Origin: Octopus vulgaris
Taxonomy: Eukaryota
Direction: 5' to 3'
Assembly: GCA_951406725.2 (NCBI GenBank)
Contig: OX597822.1
Location: 88,288,001-88,352,000, forward strand
Length of the DNA stretch: 64,000 bases
Position 1 is the first letter of the stretch. Every line of letters begins with the position of its first letter. This document shows, one piece after another, positions 56,026 to 64,000 of this stretch. Position numbers and translations under genes: made by a program. The notes under the pieces were generated by a model, which saw only the letters and a list, made by a program, of their open reading frames with translations, made no database searches and was not told the origin of the DNA.

Positions 56026-57565
56026 CAAAAGATATATTGGCTATATTCCAAAAACCTTCTGTCCCAGTCTGTTGTCCCAGTTTTCAAAAAGGGAAACAAG
56101 TCCCTTGCAGTGAATTACCGTCCGATCTCACTCACCTCTCATATCATCAAGGTATTTGAGAGGGTGGTGAGATCTCGAATAACCCAATTTCTGGAAAGCA
56201 ACAGACGGCTGATCTCCAACCAACATGGGTTCCGTAATGGAAGGGACTGCCTAACGCAGCTCCTGCATCACTTTGAGGACATTTTGAGAGCTTTGGGAGA
56301 GGGCTCCAACACCGATGTCATCTACCTTGATTTCAGTAAGGCCTTCGACAGGGTCGATCACAAGATCCTATTGAAAAAACTATCCAACATTGGTGTCTCT
56401 GGAAAGTTACTGAAATGGATTAAGTGTTTCCTGACAGACAGATCTCAACATGTTGTAGTTGAAGGGGTAAAATCAAGCCCAGCCAAAGTCAGTAGTGGCG
56501 TTCCGCAAGGCACTGTGCTGGGCCCACTTCTTTTCATCATTTACATTAATGACATTAATGACATCATCAAGCACAGCAACATAAAAATCTTTGCAGATGA
56601 CTCCAAGCTACAGAAGGTCATAAATGAGGCGAGTGACCGGACATGCCTTCAGTCAGATCTACTGGCTGTTATCCAATGGGCAGAAAAAACAATATGCTGC
56701 TGAACGAGGATAAATTTGAGCTAATCCACTTTGGAAAAGAGGATGCCCTGAAACTCCCATACTCCCTTCCTTCAGGTGAAACTCTCGCGGCGTCCAACAA
56801 CATCAGAGACTTGGGAGTAATTGTGGACAACAACGTAAGCTGGGCCACTCATATAAACACCAAAGTTGACATGGCCCGCAGAATGTGTTCCTGGATTCTC
56901 AGAACTTTCCAGTCGAGAGATATCCACACCATTATCCTTCTCTTCTCCACTTTTGCCCGACCCCACCTTGAATACTGTTGTCCACTGTGGTCTCCCCACA
57001 CAATACAAGGTATCATAAAAGTTGAAGCACCTCAAAGGGCAATCACAAAAAAGATAGATGGCATGACAGGCCTCGACTATTGGGGTCGACTAGAAAAGCT
57101 AAAACTCTATTCTCTCCAACGTCGTCGTGAGCGCTACATCATCTGCATGATGTGGAAAATATTCCACCAGCATTGCCCAAATGATGTTGGCATCACCTTT
57201 AAGGTACATCCAAGGCTTGGGCCCCGTGCCATCCGCCCAAAACAAAAATCGCACTCTCATCTCATAACAACAATACGGCACAATTATTTCACCTCAATTG
57301 GCCCCGCTCTCTTTAACATTACACCAAAACACATTAAAACAGAAACTGACCCTATAGGGTTCAAGAAGTCTTTGGACAGATTCCTTCAAGAAATCCCGGA
57401 TAAACCCCCTACACCCGGATATGTCTCTGTAAACAATAACTCTCTACTTGAGTGGGCCATAGTGCCCAAATTCTGACTTGAAAGACTTCACCAGGTGGTG
57501 CTATTAAGTTAGACATGGCCTGGGCCAATAATGGCCGAAACCTATCAAAGTATCAAAGTATCAAA

Positions 57566-57568
<3 letters not shown>
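56023..57568 (+). mobile_element. 5'-truncated CR1-type LINE (ORF2 RT domain to stop at 57476) with (TATCAAAG)3 tail
   Basis: NYRPISLTS, QHGFR, YLDFSKAFD, GVPQGTVLGPLLF, FADD and RPHLEYCCPLWSP motifs; one frameshift near 56685; flanked by (TA)n. Confidence 0.95.
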
Positions 57569-57624
<56 letters not shown>

Positions 57625-57627
<3 letters not shown>

Positions 57628-57985
57628 AAAAGTAAAAAGAAAAAGAAAATGCACATTAGATATAAAAGAAATAAAGGCTTTTTAAAGAAAAGCAAAGATA
57701 TATACATACAATTAGATGATTTGAGGTGAAATTATGAAGTATAAAAGTCATACCGGTATCGTCAGAGCTGATCACTGACTTTAAATGGATTCAAAGTCAG
57801 TGATCACCTCTGACGATACTGGCATGACTTTGAATCTCTATAATGATTCATAATAATAATTTTTATACTTCATTATTCCACCTCAAATCATCTAATTGTA
57901 TATATATATCTTTGCTTTTCTTAAAAAAGCCTTTATTTTTTATATCTAATGTGCATTTTCTTTGTTTTCTTTTTACTTTTCTCCT
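57625..57985. repeat. ~350-bp imperfect palindrome between (TA)n tracts
   Basis: Arms aaaatgcacattagatata...gatcactgacttt and aaagtcagtgatc...tatatctaatgtgcatttt, centred near 57786. Confidence 0.9.
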
Positions 57986-58016
57986 ATTTGTACCACGTGA
58001 AATCTTTTTTCTTTGA

Positions 58017-58087
<71 letters not shown>

Positions 58088-58089
<2 letters not shown>

Positions 58090-58738
58090 TGGTTGTCTAC
58101 TCCTTATGTCCTTATGCAGAGTTTGACCACCTCCTATACCTACACTATACCTTAGCACTATTATGGCTTCTGCTGTGGCTTTTTAAACCAGACAATGTCC
58201 TGAAAAGACACCCACATAGATCGCACCTCCGATTTGGACCACCAAGACATGCAGATAAGTTCTGCTCTTCGTGGATCTTAAAATGTCTTTTGATGCCTCC
58301 GTTGGATTTAGAATACACTGCATTCAAAGGTGTGCACAGTCATATAGGCAGAATAGTTAGTGGAGGTTCGTTTCCCATGCGTTCGCTGATGAGATTTGAG
58401 GCCAGCAAAAGACAGGCACGGTCTGTCACAGACTGTGCACACAAAAAGGTCATTCTCATTCACCTTCTCGATTGTTACATTCTTCCTTGGATCTCTTTTG
58501 AGTCTTGCGTTATCCTGGCCTCTTCAAATGCTTTCACTACGCTCCACACATTTGTTCGCCATCCAACTCGATCCGAAACAAGGGTTTCTATATCTTCTAG
58601 AACCATTCCAAGTGACTTCATAGTGGTACTTATGCCGTCCTTAAACCTATATTTAGGTTTACACCAATAGCGGTTCCCTTCTGCAAGCTCACCATAAAAC
58701 AGCTGTTTCAGCATGCGTTTATCTGCCATTCGAACAAT
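58088..58738 (-). mobile_element. RTE-clade LINE 3' fragment with C-terminal C2H2 motif
   Basis: HIVRMADKRMLKQLFYGELAEG...RFKD...DRVGWR and CDLCGCLFRTLSGLKSHSRSH. Confidence 0.85.
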
Positions 58739-59085
58739 ATGTATATTTATATCCATGGATGTCTGGATATATATTTATGCAGGCATACACCTCTGTGTAT
58801 ATGAGGATGAAGTTGCGAGTACATATGCATATATATGCGTGTGTGTGTGAGTGTGTGGATATGTGCATGAATATATACATGCACATATATGTTTGTGTGT
58901 GTATGGACATGTACATATACATGTTTGTATAACTGTGTACGTATGCAGAAGTTATGAACGCAGGAGGTTTTATGTCTATGTATTGTGAGAATATGGTTGC
59001 GTGTATTTTTTATCTTTGATATTTTTTCCTACCTATTAGAGTAACTTTCCTGTTATTCAACGGTTTTTATAGCGTCTGTTGCTAT

Positions 59086-59148
59086 TAATAGCCGATGAGA
59101 ATGCATCGTAGCTCTTAGTTCCGGCATTTGAAACTCTGAGTACAATTA
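59086..59148 (+). ncRNA. Degenerate hammerhead ribozyme candidate
   Basis: CCGAUGA (U4 to C), stem II gaatgc/gcattt, GAAACUC-U-GAGUA. Confidence 0.45.
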
Positions 59149-59233
59149 TGACAACTTACTGATTATCCTAGACTATACATATATAAATATCCTCTGTTTA
59201 TCTAATATCAAGGTCTCATTCTTTTGTTGTCAC

Positions 59234-59306
<73 letters not shown>

Positions 59307-59716
59307 GAGTGAGAGAGCAGTTCATGCCATCAAAGTGACACTGGGGTAAAATATACGAAGCCCAATATACCCATCATGACTACCCGTCTGATAAAGGTAC
59401 ACCAGGCACATGCATCACAACCATATGTGCGCGACATGGTGATCTCATATCAAGATAAACAGCACATGACCTTGCAGGTGGGGCCCAGTTAGAATTTTCT
59501 TCAGGTTGAGTAGCCCATCCCGCTCAAACGGTCCCTGAATAAGGGTTGTTTAAGGATGTTGAAAGAACCACCCATGTTTCCAGAGGTGAACTATTCAAAC
59601 CCCAAATAATCCCTCTCAACACATGGCTATGATGCTCCCCCACTACTTCTGCTCGTGATCAGAGATGCACATATCGTCAGCCACTAAGGGACATGCTCAA
59701 CTGGTTACGGTCAAAC
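59307..59716. mobile_element. 410-bp non-coding element inserted within (ATT)n
   Basis: Complex sequence bounded sharply by pure (ATT)n on both sides; no ORF or TIR seen. Confidence 0.65.
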
Positions 59717-59764
<48 letters not shown>

Positions 59765-59766
<2 letters not shown>

Positions 59767-59945
59767 CTCTACTCTCTTTTACTTGTTTCTTTCTTTTGAC
59801 TGCAGCCATGCTAGAGCACCACCTTAAGTCGAATAAATCGATTCCAGGACTTATTCTTTGTAAGGTTAGTACTTATTCTATCGGTCTCTTTTTGCCGAAC
59901 CGCTAAGTGACGGGGACCTAAACACACCAACATAACAAACAACAA
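59765..59945 (-). mobile_element. 3' half of family A SINE
   Basis: tactctttt...gccatgctagagcacc...ttgccgaaccgctaag block. Confidence 0.75.
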
Positions 59946-60002
59946 ACACATACATACATACACACACATATACATACATACATACATACATACATACATA
60001 CA

Positions 60003-60034
<32 letters not shown>

Positions 60035-60040
60035 ATTTTA

Positions 60041-60711
60041 TATAAATAAGGATAAGATCGTTAATTTAAATATCGATCTTATCAAGTGGCCAAGATGGAA
60101 ATAAAAAACTTCAAAGGTAATAATTATTATTTAAATTATAATTTAGGGTATCTAAGAAATACCATCACGCTGGAAATAGCAGCCAAAACGTGACTCTAAA
60201 ACCACATCAAATGTTCATACAGCACCAGGTGAGAAGACAAAAGGACAAAATAAACTAGCAAAAAGTTACTGGATAATTCTAGATCCGGATTTCTTACTCT
60301 GCATAAGAAATACTTTGCCTCATCAGTGGAATAAACGCAGATAGTAACATAAATGCACATATATATACATATAACATACGAATACTTACATATACGAACG
60401 TATACATACATATATTTGCACGTATACACACGACCAGTTTAAATTGTCCGCCTATAACCTCGTGCGATATGTTCAAAATATCACCGCAGTAAATATAATG
60501 ATGAAATAAATATATAAATTTCTATAAACAAGGATAAGATCGTTAATTTAAATATCGATCAAATCAAGTGGCCAGCACGGGAATAAAAACCTTCAAAGTT
60601 AATAATTATTATTAAAATTATAATTTGGGGTATCTAAGAAATACCACCACGCTGGAAATAGCAGCCAAAACTTGACTCCAAACCCACATTGAATGTTCAT
60701 ACAGCACCAGG
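60041..60711. repeat. Partial tandem duplication (60041-60229 / 60523-60711; 482-bp period)
   Basis: Two ~190-bp diverged direct copies. Confidence 0.85.
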
Positions 60712-60960
60712 AGATACTCTCTTAGCGTTTTTGTACATTCTAACATATTATGTATACTACTCTAGGAATTTTTTTATTTTACAGAATTCATTTTGAGTTA
60801 AACTTAGCGGTCAGTAGTTTTGTTATGTAATCCTGAGTTTGAAGTTTGTCAATTAATAGAATTGTACATATTAGAGTTGCAAAAGAAGAGATTGTTACTC
60901 ATTTGATGTGTGCAAATAAAATGAATGCCGCTGGGAAGAAGTTCATTAAGATATTCAAAT

Positions 60961-61170
60961 GGTGCTAGGACGATTCGTCCCCGGTTATTTCATCGTCGGT
61001 TAATTTGTCCCCAGTCAATTCGTCGTTGGTCAATTCATCCCCAGGTCAATTCGTCCCCAAATACTCTTAAATGTAATTTCGAAGGAGAGTTTAGAACAAT
61101 CACTTTAGAATTAAAATTGTCGTTGGACAGTTTTAGGTACTTTTTTCCTTTCCCTCTTCTCTCACTCTCT

Positions 61171-61228
<58 letters not shown>

Positions 61229-62455
61229 CCTCCCTCTTTTCTATCGTTTTTCTCCCCCCCTCTCTCTCTCTCTTAAGTATCTGCGCTAAACAGTTTACGA
61301 ACAAAGCTTTTCAAGCAAATCGAATTAAATTTATTCAATATGCCTACCCATCAACATCACAACCTGCAATATCACAACTTCAGAGAAAGGAAAAATCAAA
61401 GTGGTCGATCAAGAAAGTTATATATACACAAAAAATAAGCAGAATGCAGATGGAATGAAGATATACTGGAGGTGCAAAAATCGTGTGTGCAAGGCGAGAC
61501 TTCATACAGATGAAAATAATAAAAAGCTCAAGAAGATTGGGATCCATAATCACGCTTCAGCTGCTACAGAGGTAAATGCAAGGATAATAGTTTCAAATAT
61601 TAAAGTAAAATCTATTTCATCTCGTGATGCCCCTCGCTCAATTATTGCTAGTGAAGTTCAGAATTTAAACGACTGTATATTGTCGCAAATACCTCCGTTT
61701 GCACAGCTCAATAGGAATATTTGACGCTGGAGACAAGCTGATTCCAACTATCCTGATACCCCACTTACAAATGTTGGGTTTTCTATTCCAAGTGAATACT
61801 CCTACTTTGACTTTGATGAAACGTTTTCACAGTATGACAATGGGATAGAAGATTCAAAACTAATATTTGCAAGTGACGAAGCACCTCAACAGTTAAAACA
61901 ACACAAGAACTGGGCGGCAGATGGAGCATTTAAATGCTGCTTTAGTACAGGAAAGACTTATATTTTTTCAGTTATATATACTTCCCATTCAAATTGATAA
62001 TTTTAATGCCTTACGATTGTTCACTTTTCTCTCTGACAAAAGTCAAGACACATATAGCAGACTTTTTACCAAAATAAATGAATTATTGCAGAAAGAGGAA
62101 ACTGATAATATAATTATGGATTTCGAAAAAGCAGCCCATCACAGATTTCTGGAATGGTTTCCTGGGTCGAATTTGGCATGTTGCTTGTTTCATTTAGGAC
62201 AAAATGTGCACAAGCATATTGTGCAAAAAGGACTAAAATGCAGATATCACAAAGATGACAGTTTTAGACTAAAACTGCGATGTTTTGTTGCCCTGCCTTC
62301 CTGCCGGTTGAGGACGTCGTAGGTGATGATGATATTTCACAGTCAGTTGTATCCTATTTTGAAAATAATTATATAGAAGCACCTAGAGGAGGAGGACAGA
62401 GGAGGCGACGCCTTGAATCTCTATTTTCTTTACCTATATGGAATGTGTAGCGGAC
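60961..62455 (+). mobile_element. MULE (Mutator/Phantom-like) transposon with FLYWCH domain, 3'-truncated and decayed
   Basis: Left end GG plus ~15-bp tandem subrepeats (gtcaattcgtcccc); YIYTK...YWRC...CKARLHT...HNH (FLYWCH); WAADG, FFQLY, IIMDFEKA and CLFHLGQ (MULE DDE). Confidence 0.9.
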
Positions 62456-62464
62456 GCTTAGTGA

Positions 62465-62534
<70 letters not shown>

Positions 62535-62549
62535 CTTTCTCTCTCTCTT

Positions 62550-62594
<45 letters not shown>

Positions 62595-62596
62595 TA

Positions 62597-63539
62597 TATT
62601 ACACAAATACGGACGTAGTAGATAACAGCTAGCCTTCGACCGCTTGGACCCTGTAGTGTCTCTTACTCTGATTGGTTGGTATTGGTGCAGTTTGTCTCTT
62701 GCTCTATTACGCGCCAATGTGCAACCCAACCAATCTCAGACTTCTGATGAGGTCCCGTGACACAGTCTCTTCCAAACATTCCGGTGAGCCTATAGTTCAC
62801 TATAAAAAGCTAGTTTCAACACTGTATTTCGTCTTTCGGTTCTAGACCTTCTAAGGTCTAGCCACTGACCACAGAGCACACAGCCAGTTCCAGCGACAGA
62901 CAACACCAGCAGCTCACATGGAGACTCAACTTCGTCCAGCAGCATTCAGGACCTCCATCTCTGTCGCCTCTGTCTTAACGTCGCCAACAACATCTCTTTA
63001 CGTACACTCAGGTTCTATCTCAACACTGTTCGTGAATTACTTCACCATGGTTAACAGCAAATACAACTTGCGAGATCTTCTGTATCAAGTGACCGGCAGC
63101 AGCATAGTAGCCACAACCTCTTACACGACAGGTGTCTCAACCGGCTCTGCTTCTTCTCCAGAACTTCTTGTTACAGTACTTCAACTATTGTGTACCTTAC
63201 TACGAACTGGTATTTATCTTCCTTGTGTCTGAACATTCTTCTAGCGTCCCGTTTTAGACTCTTTCCATGCTCTATTTTTATGCACACACATACACATTAT
63301 GTATACATAACGGCCTGTCTATTGTTATTATTATTATGCATATATGACGCGCACACACAGACACACACATGTTAACACCTAAATAAAATCTTCTTTTTAA
63401 CATTCTACCGGTTGTGTCGTTTTTCTTTTCCTGCTGGCATTCATACTCATTTATCCGTTTTGCTTTTATTGTAAGCGACCATGCGGTGTATTAAAGGAGT
63501 CATTCATCGTCACCTCTCCTATCGCACGGTCGTTCCACA
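62597..63539 (+). mobile_element. Possible solo LTR
   Basis: CCAAT motifs, TATAAAAA near 62800, AATAAA near 63382 and a ...CCACA end; 5' TG and TSD not clear. Confidence 0.35.
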
Positions 63540-63722
63540 AATGTTTGCAATCGATGTATTCGTTGCGTTTATGAATAATTTCTCTTATATATTGTCACGC
63601 TGCTTTCTTATTTCAATCGTTTGAACCATAGGAAATGTGAAATACAAAATGATGAGTCTACAAAATTCAGCTTTATATTTTGAGTACTATTCCCTGTTTG
63701 TAAATGCACAAAAGCTTACTAA

Positions 63723-63785
<63 letters not shown>

Positions 63786-63888
63786 CATTATTTTAAGAAC
63801 GTAAAATGATAATGATATACCGATACAGATAAATGCCTAAGTATAAAACATTAAATGGGTTTTCAGATGTATGAATGGGCTTTTCTGC

Positions 63889-63943
<55 letters not shown>

Positions 63944-64000
63944 TGTCTGTCTGTATGTATGTCTGTCTGTCTGTCTGTGTATGCTTGTATGCTTATATGT

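Noticed and set aside
60961-61060. Short regularly spaced repeats resembling a CRISPR array
   Set aside because: No unique spacers or cas genes, eukaryotic context; these are MULE subterminal repeats.
62740-62775. CTGATGA motif as a hammerhead (also 21300 and 52250)
   Set aside because: No stem II closed by GAAA and no stem III/NUH found.

Overview
This is AT-rich, microsatellite-dense eukaryotic genomic DNA. The SINE families and repeat content suggest an octopus or other coleoid cephalopod (inference). Almost the whole window is transposon-derived: a decayed Penelope-like element (RT + GIY-YIG), a young CR1-type LINE, RTE and R4/Dong LINE fragments, a Gypsy pol fragment with LTR, Tigger/pogo, Tc1 (DD34E), three mariner relics, a FLYWCH-MULE, several non-autonomous Helitrons, MITEs and many tRNA-derived SINEs. 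One convincing host coding exon is present: 17100-18337, minus strand, ~412 codons, very acidic, with canonical splice sites. The two most notable signals are (i) at least five type-I hammerhead ribozyme motifs with GUA cleavage triplets and very short, mostly palindromic stem III, lying in AT-rich modules next to microsatellites, and (ii) five TIR elements with GG-type termini and 8-bp target-site duplications that carry internal telomeric TTAGGG repeats, one being an ~800-bp foldback. Most listed ORFs are microsatellite artefacts. All calls were made by eye; no database searches or folding were run.
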